From Eledone cirrhosa (Eukaryota), in the NCBI GenBank assembly GCA_964016885.1, contig CAXHJY010000715.1:28825-92824 (forward strand): a DNA stretch of 64,000 bases, given 5' to 3'. This document shows, one piece after another, positions 1-15,635 of the stretch; the first letter of the stretch is position 1, and each line of letters begins with the position of its first letter. The notes under the pieces are model-generated. The model worked only from the letters and a program-made list of their open reading frames with translations. It ran no database searches and was not told where the DNA came from. Both the position numbers and the translations under genes were made by a program.

Positions 1-3000
1 GATGGCCCTCCTCTTTTGTGCAGCAGATATTTCGTAGGGAGTTCTTGTTCCTGTATTGCATAGAGATATCCCTCAAGGTGTGATGTCATAAACTTGTCGG
101 AACTCTATGCTAGGCTTTTTGAGTGGTTTATCCACTCTATGGTCTGTGTTTTATGTCTCAAGTATCCATGCACAACTTTTTCTGTAAATTGGTCAATTTT
201 CTTATCTTGTTTGAACATTGAATAGGATCTTCCGATTTCTCTGGGTGAGAGATTTATATCAGGCTTTATTCCATATCTCTCCTGCAGATCAGTCGCTATT
301 CTAATGATATTTCTTTTTTCATGCTCATAAACCTGGGCAAGATGGTTGCCAACCTTTTTCCTCTGTTGAAGGTGTTGCTTCAGTGTTACTATCCGGGTCT
401 CATATGTTGTTAATATTGATTTTAGACCCCGGCCACCTTCCTGCGTGAGAAGTATAGCCTATCCACATCACCATTGATGTTAAAGTTGCCAGTAACACTG
501 AGAAGTTTTCGAGTTCTAACATCCATGTCACTTAGTTCTTGCAATGACCAGTTCAGTAGGCCAAATGTTGGCGTTAGAATTGGCACAGCATAAGTATTGT
601 GGGCAATGTATTTGTTGTATGCTGACAGTTCTGATGACCATATTTTCTTTACTCTTCTGAGGTATTCAGTTCTGGTTCTCTCCTTATTTATGGGTCCATC
701 ATATCTGACATTCTCATCCTGTCCAAGATATCTGTAGTTGTCACATGACTGCAGAGGTTGTATTGTCAGGCCGTTCATCTCTAGATTTCTAGAGGAGGGC
801 ACAGCTCTTCCACGTTTTACTGCCAAATATGCACACTTGGACTCACCAAATTTCATTTTGATGTCGGTTGAAAATTGTGTAATGAGGTCCAATTGTTTCT
901 TGATGTTATTGATATTTGGCCCATACAACTTCAGGTCATCAACAAAGAAAAGATGGGAGATACTTCTGGGCCCACTTCTTTGTCCACCTTGTTTCCTGAG
1001 TAGGTAAGATAGTGGATTCAGTGAGAGAACGAAGAGTAGCGCTGACAAGCTATCACTCTGAAAGATGCCCTTCTGGTAATGTATCTTATCAGTCTTAACC
1101 TGCTCCTTCTCACCTCTAAGGATCAAATTGGTGTATCAGTTCTTGGTCAGGCGTTCAACAGCAGCTACCAATGGTTGTGGGACTTTAGCTAACTGTAAAG
1201 CCTTAATAATCCACCCATGAGGTACACTATCAAATGCTTTTTGATAGTCCAGCCACACGACAGTCATGTTTCTGCGATTCTTTGTTGTTTTTTCCTGAAT
1301 CATTTTGTTAGTTAGTAGGTGATCTATGCAACCCCACACCTCCCTCTTTCCACCAGCTTGCTCAGGTGTTATGATGTTGTTGGTAGCACAGTGATCCTGT
1401 AAGAACAGGTTAAGGCACCCAGTATATAATTTATACATGATGTTTTGGCAGGCAATTGGGCGGTAATTTTTAGCAAGGGTGGTTTGGCTATTTTGGGGAA
1501 TGAGGAGAGTAGTGGCAGTTGATAACCATCTGGGCAGTTCTTGTGTGCCCTTAATGGTTTCTATAAACAGCCGTATGAGATCTTGCCGATAGAAAGTGAA
1601 ATTCTTCAAGCAGTATCCTGTAATGAGGTCTGGGCCTGGTGATTTCCTATTCGACATTTTCTGTAGAGCTGTTTCCAGTATTGACCCATCTATGTCATAT
1701 TGTTTTGTCTGGACATGTTGGCAGTAGTCCTGTTCCAGTTCTTTTAGCCAATTAGCTTGTCTGTTGAATCTGTCATCCGTTTCCCATACAGATCTCCAGT
1801 AGCTCTCAACCTGTTCTTTTGAAGGGGTGTCGTTTACAGGGATTGAGCTTTTGCCACCGAAGCTGCGATAAACTGATTTAGGATCTCTGGCAAACAATCT
1901 ATTTAGCACTTGTCGTTTATGTGCTGTTGACTTATATTTTAGTCTTTCTGTTGTAGCTGTGAGTTGTTGTTTCAACTGGTGTAATTTGGAGTTTAAAGTT
2001 TTAAATTTTGTATCTCCAAATCGTCTCTCTAACTTTTTCTTTAGGTCTTCCTGGTGTCGTGTGAAGTTGCTCTCTATGTTGCATTTCATAACGACTGCGA
2101 TGTGTGAGATACTTCGTCTCAGGGACAAAATTTTGGTTTTTAAATTTCGCATCCACGCTGGTTCAGGCTTTCTGTTTGTATCTTGATTGCGTGGTTTTAG
2201 ATGTGTGTTATATGATAGCAATGTGACAGCTGAAACATATAACAAAACATTAAGCGTTTCAAATGTCGTTTCTACACCTTTAGATCGTATAGCCTTCAGA
2301 TAATTGCCAGCTATTTCGTTCACCGCTTCCAATTCCAATTTAGTGGGTTCTTTACTGACTCTAGTGTTGTATGGTCTGTCACTCACATTAAGGCTGTGTA
2401 TCTCTTGAAACATATCGTTCCATATCACTTGTAGGGTGCCCACAAGTTTTTGGTGCTCTGTTTGTACAGTAGAGTCATGAATTTCAGCCTCGTTGTTGAT
2501 GTGGTGACAATTACTACTAGAGTCAGCTGACCTTTCTTGCTGTTCTTCAGTGGAAGTGGGATGGATTTCAGCAAAATTGTTGGTGAGCTGTTCACTGTTA
2601 GATTTAGCTGGCCATTCTCTTTGTCTGTCAGTGGAGGTGGGGTGGTTGTCTACAAGGGCTGTATTTGTAGTATCACTCAATTCCGTTAGATGTATCAATT
2701 TACATCTAATGATACGTTTTGCCTGTTCATTTAAATGCTTTGGAGAAAAGTCTAATTCTGGGTGTTTGGAGTTCCATAAAGTTTTTAGCCTTTGCATAAA
2801 ACCGAACTTTTCGGGTTCAGATTGTTTGTATGCTTCATATAATACTTTGTTAAGCTCGTAGCTCCACTGTGTACAACGGTTGTAGTTGCGATTTGGTCGA
2901 AGGAGACTTGTACTTTTTGCCATGATGAGTTCGTCTATTCACTAATATTTCGTATTTATTTTTCAAAATAGTCGATGATCTTCTTTAAAAGTTACGACAA

Positions 3001-3500
3001 AGTTCTGTCAGAATCAAATTTAAAGTTATTCACAGCTTGGGTAATATTTCTTTTCGGTTAGTTTTTAATTCTACAACTGTGTTTTAAACGTTGTTCTTGA
3101 ATCGTTTGAATAGAGAACAAAAAGAACCGTTACTTAGTATATTCCTTTATGAATGTAATATAATATAACAACGCGGTATTTATATGTTAAAGTTTATGTA
3201 TCATTCATACAAATAGGTGTTCTACAACCTATTCACAACATATTCACAGTTCAAACACTTATATTTTTGTTTCTGAATCGAAAACGTTACTTGTATATTT
3301 CTTTATAAATGTAATATAACAACGTTGCATTTATATGTTAAAGTGTATGTATTGTTCATATATCATAAGTGTATGTATCGTTCATATAAATAGGTGTTTT
3401 ACAACACACTTACAGTTCAAACACTTATGTAGAATTATTGTATGTAATCTTACCGCGTAATGTAGCTCAACATTTTCCAATATATGGTATGTTGCCTTCA
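1..3500 (-). mobile_element. Decayed non-LTR retrotransposon, R4/Dong-like (restriction-like endonuclease) clade; 3' part runs off the window start
   Basis: RT motifs NYRPIAC..MYKL, EQAG, WLDYQKAFDSVPH, GIFQ(S)DSLS, SHLFFVDDLKLY, YRYLG, DVDRLY, and EGYLYAIQEQ near position 50-80. The 5' UTR has a ~150-bp diverged direct repeat (3127-3262 / 3285-3429) and lies next to (TATG)n. Confidence 0.88.
422..2923 (-). pseudogene. Disrupted RT ORF of the R4-like element
   Basis: ORFs 1136-2923 and 422-1126 are in the same frame, separated by one TGA (1136-1138) where Trp is expected. A frameshift at ~435 breaks the GGRGL motif, and further stops follow. Confidence 0.88.
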
Positions 3501-4015
3501 TGTAAGCCGTAATTACACACGTCCGATTATCGGACACTGACCACAACGGTCGCCATTTATGTATGTATGTATGTATGTATGTATGTATGTATGTATGTAT
3601 GTATGTATGTATGTATGTATGTATGCATGTATGTGTGTGTGCGTATGCCGCTATGTCATAATTTAATCCAGTCACTGGCAAAGTGAGGTGACTATGTTGT
3701 TTTAGTCAAGACAGGTTGTTTTAATAGGAGAGATGAGAGCTAGAGAGTGGATATATGTAAGTGTATGCTACCACATTTGTATTTGAATGTGTATGTGATC
3801 AATATCTTGTGTATGGGTGTGTATATCCCATATCATCGTATGTCTATTTTAATTCGGAGAAATTTAAATGAAGAATATTTGGATGTCCTGCAAATCTTCA
3901 CTATAGAACTAGACGGTCGGATTAGAAGGTAGAGTGTCAGTGTGCTTTGCACGCTCTCGAAAAGAACATGTCTACAAATCTGTTGCAGTGTATATACAGA
4001 TAGATCTATTTGTAA

Positions 4016-4071
<56 letters not shown>

Positions 4072-4136
4072 ATGTGCGTGTGTGTGTATGCATATATATG
4101 TGTGTATATGTGTGTGAGTCTGTGTGTATGCATACA

Positions 4137-4222
<86 letters not shown>

Positions 4223-4278
4223 GAGATTAACGGAGAGACATAATTACATTTATACACAAACACACCTATACATACATA

Positions 4279-4319
<41 letters not shown>

Positions 4320-5081
4320 AGAGAGAGAGAGAGAGAGAGAGAGACACATAAATTCTACTATTTCTCTCTCTCTCCAGGGCTCCCTAAATTCTCATAATAT
4401 CTCATTTGTACATAATTGAATATATCAATATTCCGTTTTTAACTTGTTTTCGTAACCTAGGGCCATAACTCGCAAATGGCGTCGTAGCGGGACTGAAGCA
4501 TGTTTAAATATGCTTATATACACCAAATTTAATTTAATATAATAATATTTACGCTGTGTGATTCATAACCACATAATTCGCAAGTACATTTTTTTTCAAA
4601 CCTTTCGGCTAGTATGTCGATTGAGCAACATGATGACTGCAGTTGAAAATAACAAAAGCGAAATTGTCTTGGGACAGGTTTAGAAACAACCCAGCCAAGG
4701 GGGAGATAACTGTCGTTGAACTAATGTTTTTCTTTTATTATTTTCCGCCTGAGAAACTGTAGGTGGTGGTGGTGGTGATGATGGTGATGGTGGTAGTGGT
4801 GATTTTGGTGGTGGTTTTGGTGGTGGTGGTGGTGGTGGTGATGGTGGTAGTGGTGTTTTTGGTGGTGGTGGTTTTAGTGGGGGTTTTGGTGGTGGTGGTG
4901 GTTATAGTGGTGATGGTGGTGGTGGTGGTGTTGATGGTGTGGTGGTGGTAGTGGTGGTGTGGTGAGGTGGGGGAATATATTCAAACATGCTTAAATATAT
5001 CGTAATTTCATTTAAATGAATCATCCCCACAACCGCTGGGGTATCTATTAAATCTTTGTTTACATATACACACTTATGTAA

Positions 5082-5118
<37 letters not shown>

Positions 5119-5384
5119 AATATATATATATATGTACACACACATATATATATATGCACACGCACCTACTGGCTTACACACGGAGTTATACACACACACG
5201 TGTGCACATGCATATATTCTTACACACAGAGTACAAATACTCATTCACACAACATACATACGTACATGATGGCTGCTCCCACGTTATCGATTATGGCCAT
5301 TGCACTATAAAAAAAATAGCAATAATAATAAAAATAAAAAATACACACACACACACACAAACATACATATATATATTAATAATT

Positions 5385-5850
5385 AACGGTGTTGCGATCG
5401 AATGTGGTTTTTAGCCCAGCCAATGATCTAAAATGTCTTGCACAGAGTCGGCAACCAAAACATTCACTGGGAATAGTCGGCTGTGGTTGGAGTTCGTGTA
5501 CTTTTGCATGTCGTTTTGAGCCCTCCTGCTGATTTACATTCTCTACCACATGCTTGGCAGAAATGATGAGTAGCATCTCCAACAGCAGCCTGGCAGTCAA
5601 CCACTGGTTTCACTTTATGACTGCGAAGATGGCATTTGAGTCCAGCTTTGCTGAGGCAGAGTCTCGCACAGACGCTGCATGTCAGCGCCATAGGAGGACC
5701 TTTGCTGCCTGGAAATGCAACAGCAATGCCCTTCCTGACACCCTTTTTACTTTCTCATATGCGATTCGAGATGCTTCAAAAGCAACTTTCCCCTCATGTA
5801 AAATCTTTCTCTATTAACTACGATCAGCAACTACGCTTTCCCATTGTATC
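5385..5850 (-). mobile_element. 3' fragment of an RTE (BovB-like) LINE encoding C-terminal C2H2 fingers
   Basis: Highly similar to 16155-16620. Encodes [36 protein letters not shown] and CRLCARHFRSLAGLK. Confidence 0.85.
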
Positions 5851-5893
5851 AGCAGAGAACATACATACATATATACTTACATACATACATACA

Positions 5894-6001
<108 letters not shown>

Positions 6002-6344
6002 TACACCCACATACATAAATGGACAGGGAGTTGAATACAGTGGAGGCTGTATCGATGTGTGTGAATCTAAGAATTTATGTTTTCCATGCAAGAATAGCTG
6101 ACATTGATGTTACGTATATCGAAAGACGTATTATATATATAGATATACATATGGGGAGGGGGTGTCTGTTCGTATTGATGTACAGTGTCGCTATACTAGA
6201 CGAGGAAAATTTGGTTATATTTATGGACACATCCATATTATCGATTATATTAAAGGTGATTTCCTTCCTATTTCTAGTTCCCCCCTCTAGCGTAGAATGG
6301 GTTAGTCGGCAGTTTTCTGTTGTGATCTATTCTATTTCATATTC

Positions 6345-6388
6345 TCACCGTCTGAAGATCGTAGTGGCGTGAAACTCGAGTGACAAGA
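6345..6388 (+). ncRNA. Degenerate minimal type I hammerhead ribozyme
   Basis: CTGAAGA (6352), stem II cgt/gcg, GAAA (6371), palindromic stem III CTCGAG. The cleavage site is TG (non-permissive) and stem I is decayed. Confidence 0.55.
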
Positions 6389-6472
6389 AAGTAAATTAAG
6401 TTTATGTGTATATATAGAGATACATATACATAATCTTATATATATATATATATATATAGATATATATGCATA

Positions 6473-6556
<84 letters not shown>

Positions 6557-6585
6557 GGTATATCTATTAACTATTAATATATATG

Positions 6586-6616
<31 letters not shown>

Positions 6617-6674
6617 ATATGTGTATGTATATATATACGGAGAGAGGGACATATATAGATATATAGATACATGC

Positions 6675-6731
<57 letters not shown>

Positions 6732-7079
6732 GCACACACACATATACTTATCGACATACAATACACACACGTATTTCAATATTTTCCCCAAGCTGTGAAA
6801 CGTTGCCACGTAATAATGGATGCATATTAAAAAAAAAACAGAAAACTGTTGGAGCTTATCTTTCTTGAGAATTCCGGTGTAAACGTTAATGAAATTTTTC
6901 AATCCATTGAAAAATTTAACTGCCTTACTTCTCTTTGTTTCACACCAAACACAAGATTCTTCTCCATAGAATTGTTATCTGCTGCCAAAAAGCCTTTTCA
7001 CCATGTTTTTTCAAAATATTTTTTTCGATTTAATTTTAATTTTTTTTTTTTTGAGGTAGATTGTTTTTGCATTTTTGTG

Positions 7080-7142
<63 letters not shown>

Positions 7143-7214
7143 TCTCGCTCGCTCTCTCTCTCTATCTCTAACTTTCTCTCTCACTTGACATCCATTTGGG
7201 TCTTCTGTTTGTAG

Positions 7215-7747
7215 ATTGTTGTTGTTATTGTTTTGGCTGTTGTTGTTGTTTTGGCTGTCGTTGTTGTTGTTGCTGTTGTTGTTGTTGTTGTTTTGGCTGT
7301 TGTTGTTTTTGTTGTTGCTGTTGTTGTTGTTGTTGTTGTTTTGGCTGTTGTTGTTTTTGTTGTTGCTGTTGTTGTTGTTGTTGCTGTTGCTGTTGTTTTT
7401 ACTGTTGTTGTTGCTGTTGTTTTTGTTGTTGCTGTTGCTGTTATCATCAGTGTCATCATCATCATCATCATCACGATTATCATCATCACGACCAGCACTA
7501 TAATTATCATCATCATCCCCAGCAACACCATTGTGGCCACAGCCAACATTATCATCGTCATCAACATCAGCATCGTTGTGGCCATTGCTTTCGTCATTGT
7601 CATCCTCCTCCTCACCACCACCACCATCTTCATCACCATCTTCATCATCACCATCATCATCACCATCATCATCACCATCATCATCATCACCACCACCACC
7701 ATCATCCTCCTCACCACCACCACCATCCTCATCATCACCATCACCAT

Positions 7748-7779
<32 letters not shown>

Positions 7780-8360
7780 TCACCATCATCATCACCATCA
7801 TCATCACCATCATCATCATCACCATCATTATCACCATCATCACCACCACCACCATCCTCATCATCACCATCACCATCATCATCATCATCATCACCATCAT
7901 CATCACCATCATCATCATCACCATCATTATCACCATCATCACCACCACCACCATCCTCATCATCACCATCACCATCATCATCATCATCATCACCATCATC
8001 ATCACCATCATCATCACCATCAACACCATCATCATCACCATCATCATCATCATCATCACCATCATCACCATCATTATCACCATCATCATCATCACCATCA
8101 TCACCACCATCATCATCATCATCACCATCATCACCACCATCATCATCATCATCACCATCATCACCACCATCATCACCATCATCACCACCATCACCACCAT
8201 CATCACCATCATCATCATCATCACCACCATCATCACCATCATCATCACAATCGCCCTCGTCAGCTTTATCATCCTCACCATCACCACCGTCATCGTAGCT
8301 CCCATCATCATCATCATCATTATTGTAAATGTTATTATTATCATTATTGTTATTATTGTA
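7215..8360. repeat. Compound trinucleotide microsatellite (GTT/GCT)n then (CAT/CAC)n
   Basis: Direct reading. Gives homopolymeric ORFs in several frames. Confidence 0.97.
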
Positions 8361-8612
8361 AAGTACCAGTAATGTACTGGGTAATTGCTGGCCTTGTGCC
8401 TAAAGTAGAAACAATTATTGCTATTATTGAACTGGCAGTATCGGTAGAGGGTCGGACGCCATGCTTTCCAGCATAGTTACGTCCCTTTACGATCTGAGTT
8501 CAAATCCCGCTGAGGATAACTTTGCCTTTCATCCTTACGGGGTCGATAAAATAAAGTACCAGTAATGCACTGGGGTAATTTGCTGGCCTTGTGCCAAAAG
8601 TAGAAACAATTA
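8358..8612 (+). mobile_element. tRNA-derived SINE (3' fragment followed by a near-full copy)
   Basis: A box tggcagtatcgg, B box gagttcaaatcc, core gcctttcatccttacggggtcgataaaataaagtaccag, tail ggccttgtgccaaaagtagaaacaatt. At least 8 copies in the window. Confidence 0.9.
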
Positions 8613-8813
8613 CTATTAAAAGAAAGCATTATTTATTATTATCTTTAAATTATTTTTCAATTAACTTTTCATTTGTTATCGTTGTTGTTGTTGTTGGTTG
8701 TGGCGCTGCTACTGTTGTTGTTGTTGTTGTTGTTGTTGGTATCTTTTTGTATTGAGGATGTGTTACCAAACTTTGAGCGAAGACTTTCAAATAAATTATA
8801 GAAATATTTAGTA

Positions 8814-8874
<61 letters not shown>

Positions 8875-8992
8875 TGTATGTATGTATGTTTACATATATA
8901 CATATATATACATACATATATATATACACACATATATGTATATATATACATATATCTATATATATACATATATATACATATATATATTCATA

Positions 8993-9023
<31 letters not shown>

Positions 9024-9159
9024 GTGTGTATGTATACATACATACGTATATATCTATACATACATATATATACACATACACACACACTCACACATATATA
9101 TATATATATACATATATATATACATTTATATATATATACATATACACATTATATATATG

Positions 9160-9276
<117 letters not shown>

Positions 9277-9505
9277 GTTTAGTAATAAACTACAGCGAAA
9301 GAAAATAATAACATCAAAATATCTAACTACATTGTTAACCCTTTATGTCGTTAGCTCTCGTTCCTTCAGTTTTTTATCTCCCCTTTAATTCAATTTTCAT
9401 TTTGTATTCTTATGTATAACAATAATGTTGATGCCGCTGTTACTGCTAATGATAATGATGATGATGATGATGATGATGATGATGTGGTTTTCTTTCATCT
9501 ATTAG

Positions 9506-9634
<129 letters not shown>

Positions 9635-9944
9635 TATATATATATATATGTCTATATATATATATATGCGTATATATTTATGCGTATATATATATATATA
9701 TATATGCGTATATATATATGTGGGTGTGTGTGTGTATATATATGTGTGTGTGTATCAAAGAAAGTCAACGAGATATATAGGACAAATGAACGAACCACCC
9801 ATTTCCTCTTCAGCCACCCACTAGATAAGACAAGTTTGTGCATATGGTTATTATTCGATATTAATGAGCCTAGATTGCTCGCCAGCTTAGAACAAACCAC
9901 CGGAAAGATGTATATAAGACAACACAATAACATAGCGAAGGAGA

Positions 9945-10016
<72 letters not shown>

Positions 10017-10082
10017 GTCCCAAGGCTCTGATACCATCATCAACACTATACACACAGAGCTGGCATATCTAAGAACTGACTA

Positions 10083-10138
10083 ACTGCCTGATGAGGTCAT
10101 GGCCATTCAATGGCTATCATCGAAATATATATAGCAGT
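10083..10138 (+). ncRNA. Type I hammerhead ribozyme (Penelope pLTR type)
   Basis: actgc-CTGATGA-stem II-GAAA-tatata-TA-gcagt, followed by AATAAA. The host segment is flanked by (TA)n. Confidence 0.85.
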
Positions 10139-10179
10139 AAATAAAGGATTATGAGTTCATGCAATTGACTTATGTTTCG

Positions 10180-10249
<70 letters not shown>

Positions 10250-10270
10250 TATATACATATACATACATAC

Positions 10271-10347
<77 letters not shown>

Positions 10348-10444
10348 GACGCACACACACATCTACACATCTACTGATGCTTCGGAAAACACAGAGTAAT
10401 GTATATGCCAGTTTGCTGTTGGATTTATATAATCTATCTAGGGC

Positions 10445-10888
10445 AGGTAAAATTACCGAGATCCATGGACGAGTTCTCTCCAGCGGTCTCTGTCCCTCAT
10501 TATCGCTGCCATGTCCTGCGTCTCCAACAGACCAGTGTCTGTCGTTAGGGCATTAACATACGTTAACCTTGGTCTTTCTCTTCCAGTGTGTCCATGTAGG
10601 GGCTCCCATAGGAGCACTGAGTGCAATGTCAACTCTGGATGTCGGTGAGCATGTCCAGCTAACCTCAGTCTCCTCTGTCTCACTTTTGAGCTGACTTTTG
10701 GGAGCCACCCGCACAGCTCTGAGTTTTTCATCCTCAGTGTATACTGATTGATGTTCAGAGCCATCCTCACAATTCTCGTGTAGCACCCATCCACCATCTG
10801 AGTGAGTTTCTTGGTCAGTGTCCAAGTTTCAGACCCGTACAGCAGCACAGACTCCACTACACCAATGAAGAAGCGGATTTTCAGGTCT
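10445..10888 (-). mobile_element. 3' fragment of a second RTE-group LINE
   Basis: VESVLLYGSETWTLT...RRLRLAGH...LLWEP.HG...RPRLTY...DRDRWR, typical of the RTE RT C-terminus. Confidence 0.85.
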
Positions 10889-10967
10889 TATAGTATATTT
10901 ACCTCTATGTTTACATATTGAGAGTTCGTTCCTTAGTGATTACAAACCCACATTTAAGCAACGATAA

Positions 10968-11009
<42 letters not shown>

Positions 11010-11615
11010 GTGTGTGTGTGTGCGATGTGTGTGTGTATACATATACGCACACTCACAAATATCACATATAAATGTGTATGTCAAATATATATTAACATTT
11101 GGAGTCATTTCTCATTTATACTTTGTTTCATGGATTTAAACGCATCTAAATCTTTCTGATGCGCTGGTTTCTCTGGGTTATACCGACATTAGATTAGTAG
11201 CAGGAAATAATCCTGGCATTTGCAGAACACCAATAAAAATACCCAAGTCATGCCATAATACAATAAACCAGTAACAAAATAAGAAAACAACGAATTAAAC
11301 ATTGAAACAGCGTTCGCGATAACAAATATCATCCACCAAACCACAAAACTGTTCATAGCTCATCCACAAAAAGACTCATGTATGTACAATTAGCTAATAA
11401 CAAAAGATACAGTGTTTTACACATTAAAGCAACGTCCATTAGATATATATATAAGCTGTGAATAACATAATGTAATAAGGCTTCGTTGCATTCCATGGTT
11501 AAATAATTTAAATAGGATTTTGTCTCATTGTTAGTCCTTATCATATTCCCCACTTCCTACACAATACAAAACGTACGACACATCAACCAACACAGAAACT
11601 CCAAACAAATACTTG

Positions 11616-11661
<46 letters not shown>

Positions 11662-11673
11662 ATGTATGTGTGT

Positions 11674-11719
<46 letters not shown>

Positions 11720-12079
11720 CTATATGTATATATATATATACATATATGCAGATATATATCCATTGATATATGTATATGTGGGTATATATGTATATATATA
11801 TATATATATTTAATACATTAACAGATGGACCAACTCCATCTCACTCAACAAACATTAGGATATACCTAAGTATAATCCCAATTTAGTGTTTGGGGTGCTA
11901 ACTATACAGTATTCCGTGGATAGTTGGTTATTATATATATATATATATGTGTGTGTGTAAATTTCTTCATTTTGCTTTGTTTTCGTTCGTTGTCTTCTCT
12001 TTGTTAGTTTTCCTAAGTTTATTATCTATCTCTATATATATATGTATGTGTGTGTGTATGTGTATGTGTGTATGTGTAT

Positions 12080-12139
<60 letters not shown>

Positions 12140-12559
12140 CTATATATATATATATATATAATAAACTTTCAATTTAAATTGCTGTCTTGTAGTCAGCATA
12201 TATCATCCCAGTTCTTTCAGCTAATCTTTTTAACTTTTTCACAACTAACTTCGTTTATTTCTCAACACATTCAACCCTGGAATACTTCTTTACATAACCA
12301 GCGATATTTAGTACATTCCTTTACTTAGTTCTTTTCCGTTCTTTTACGCGTTTTTAGGTTTTTCCTCTCTTTCTTTCTAGCTATTCCCACTCTAGGTTTG
12401 TTTTCTCGTATTGTATTACGAATTATCATCGTTTTGCTTGTTATTTTATATATATTTTATATTTTTCTGTTTGTTTTTTCTCGCTCTCTCTTCTCTCGGT
12501 GCTTACCTTAGCAAGATTCATCCAGATTCTATCTCTCATCTCTCTCTCTCTCATTCTAC

Positions 12560-12772
12560 ATCTCCTCTCTCTAACTCTAGACCTCTCTCTCTCTCTCTCT
12601 CTCTCACTCTACACCTCCTCTCTCTCACTCTAGACCTCTCTCTCTCACTCTACACCCCCTCTCTCTCACTCTAGACCTCTCTCTCTCTCACTCTACACCC
12701 CCTCTCTCTCACCCTAGACCTCTCTCTCTCTCACTCTACACCCCTCTCTCTCACTCTAGACCTCCCTCTCTC
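12560..12772. repeat. ~35-bp pyrimidine-rich minisatellite
   Basis: Repeats of tctagacctctctctctcactctacacccc. Confidence 0.8.
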
Positions 12773-13335
12773 ATCTGTAACTCATTCCCCTGCAACAAGG
12801 GGAGTATTTTGTACTTTAGACTAAATATTGAAATAACCTCATTTGTTTTGTTGATTTTTCGCCGACAGGAAATAATATATAACAACAACAACAAACAAAA
12901 CCTAAAATACCTTTACATTGTTTCTCCTTTTCTTTCTTTTATTTTTTTTTCTTCATTTTTTCTTTATTTATTTAATTTCGCTCTCGTTTTTTTTTATTTT
13001 ATAACATTTTATTTTATTTCATATTATTTCATCTATTATTATTGTTGTTGTTGTTGTCCTGTCTTTTTTTTTTTTTTTTTTTTGCGTTCCTAAAAATACA
13101 ATAAGCTGAAAATATAACCTGTTGTTGACCCCCAACAATGATGAGGGCAGGAAAGGGCAGGAGGTGTCTAGACACGTAGATTGGGGACCAGTTCACATAA
13201 AAACTGTTACGTCCACCATTTTGTTCACAGTTTTATTAATGCATTTCTAGATCTTTTATTTATTGTTTTAGAAACGCTTTTAGCTGTTTCATTTTTGTGT
13301 GTGATTTGAGTGTGTGTTTATGTGATTCCTGTGAG

Positions 13336-13436
<101 letters not shown>

Positions 13437-13689
13437 TGTGCGCCCGTCTGTGTGTGTGTCTTTTGTGTTTGTGTCTCATGTGTGTGTTTGTCTGTCTGTG
13501 TGTGGTTTCTCTCTGCATATGTGTGTGTGTATATATGTGTGAGTGTGTGTGTGTGTGTGCGCGCGTCCGTCTCTGTGTGTGTCTACCTGAGGTTCTGTAT
13601 ATGTTGTAACAGTAATGGAGGGGAAAGTTGCCTGAAAATTATTTTTATCATTTTATATGTTATTCAATGTTTTATATAATTCTCTGATA

Positions 13690-15635
13690 TTCACATACAC
13701 AAACACACATACACACACATATACACACATACACAAACACACATACACACACATACATACACACACATACACAAACACACATACATACACACATACATAT
13801 ACACACATACCCAAACACACATACACACACATATACACACATACACAAACACACATACAGACACATACATACACATACATATACACACACATATACACAC
13901 ATACACAAATACACATATACACACATAGACACATACATACACAGATATATACACACATACACACACATATACAGACACAGACACCTAGACTCACGGATAC
14001 ACAGATACATATATACAATAACACATAGACATATTGACACACATGTATACAGATACAGACTTAGACACACACGCATACACCTCAACAGAGACACCTAGAC
14101 ACACAAACACACACACCTACACACAGACACAGAGACACAGACACACAAAGACTCACATACACAGACACACACAGACACACAGACACACAGACACACAGAT
14201 ACACAGATACAGACACACAGACTCACAGATACACAGACACACAGACTCACACAGACTCACACAGACACACAGACTCACACAGACACACAGACACACAGAC
14301 ACACAGATACACAGATACAGACACACAGACTCACAGATACACAGACACACAGACTCACACAGACTCACACAGACACACAGACACACAGACTCACACAGAC
14401 ACACACAGACACACAGATACAGACACACAGACTCACACAGACACACACAGACACACAGATACACAGACACACAGACACACAGACACACAGACACACACAG
14501 ACACACAGACACACAGACACACAGACACACAGACTCACACAGACTCACACAGACACACAGACACACACAGACACACAGACACACAGACTCACACAGACAC
14601 ACACAGACACACAGATACACAGACACACAGACACACAGACACACACAGACACACAGACACACAGACACACAGACACACAGACACACAGACACACAGATAC
14701 AGACACACAGACTCACACAGACACACACAGACACACAGATACACAGACACACAGACACACAGATACACAGACACACAGACACACAGATACACAGACACAC
14801 AGACACACAGACACACAGACTCACAGATACAAAGACTCACACACACAGACTCACAGATATACAGACACACAGACACACAGACACACACAGACATACAGAC
14901 ACATAGACACACAGACTCACAGACACAGACATATAGACTCACAGACACACACAGACACACAGACACACAGACACACACAGACACACAGACACAAAGTCAC
15001 ACAGATACACAGATACAGACACACAGACTCACACAGACACACACAGACACACAGACACACAGACATACAGACACACAGACACAAAGTCACACAGATACAC
15101 AGATACAGACACACAGACACACAGACACACAGACTCACACAGACACACACAGACACACAGACACATAGACACACAGACATACAGACACACAGATACACAG
15201 ACACACAGACATACAGACACACAGACACACAGACACACAGACACACAGACACACAGACATACAGACACACAGACACACAGACACACAGATACACAGACAC
15301 ACAGACACAAAGTCACACAGATACACAGATACAGACACACAGACTCACAGACTTACAGACACACAGACTCACACAGACACACACAGACACACATACACAC
15401 ATACACACAGACACACAGACACACAGTCACACAAAGACACAGACTCACAGACACACACAGACGCACACTCACAGATACATAGACACACAGACACACAGAC
15501 ACAAAGACTCACAGACACAGACAAAGACTCACAGACACACAGGCACACAGACACACAGATACACAAACACACAGACACACAGACACAACGACACACAGAC
15601 ACACATACACACAGACACAGACACACACAGACATA
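13690..15635. repeat. ~2-kb cryptic (CA/CAGA/CATA) satellite
   Basis: Variants of acacagac, acagatac and agactcac. Confidence 0.95.

Noticed and set aside
1136-1138. TGA read-through or Sec in the R4-like ORF
   Set aside because: The element has other lesions (frameshift at ~435, further stops, QGD-to-QSD), so this is ordinary TGG-to-TGA decay.
3440-3560. HDV-like or twister ribozyme at the R4-like 5' end
   Set aside because: I could not fit the nested double pseudoknot or the twister consensus by eye, so it is reported only as a covarying module.
13120-13220. Minus-strand ATG with early in-frame TGA (MVDVTVFM*TGP..) as a possible selenoprotein exon
   Set aside because: No redox motif, no recognisable family, and no SECIS seen.
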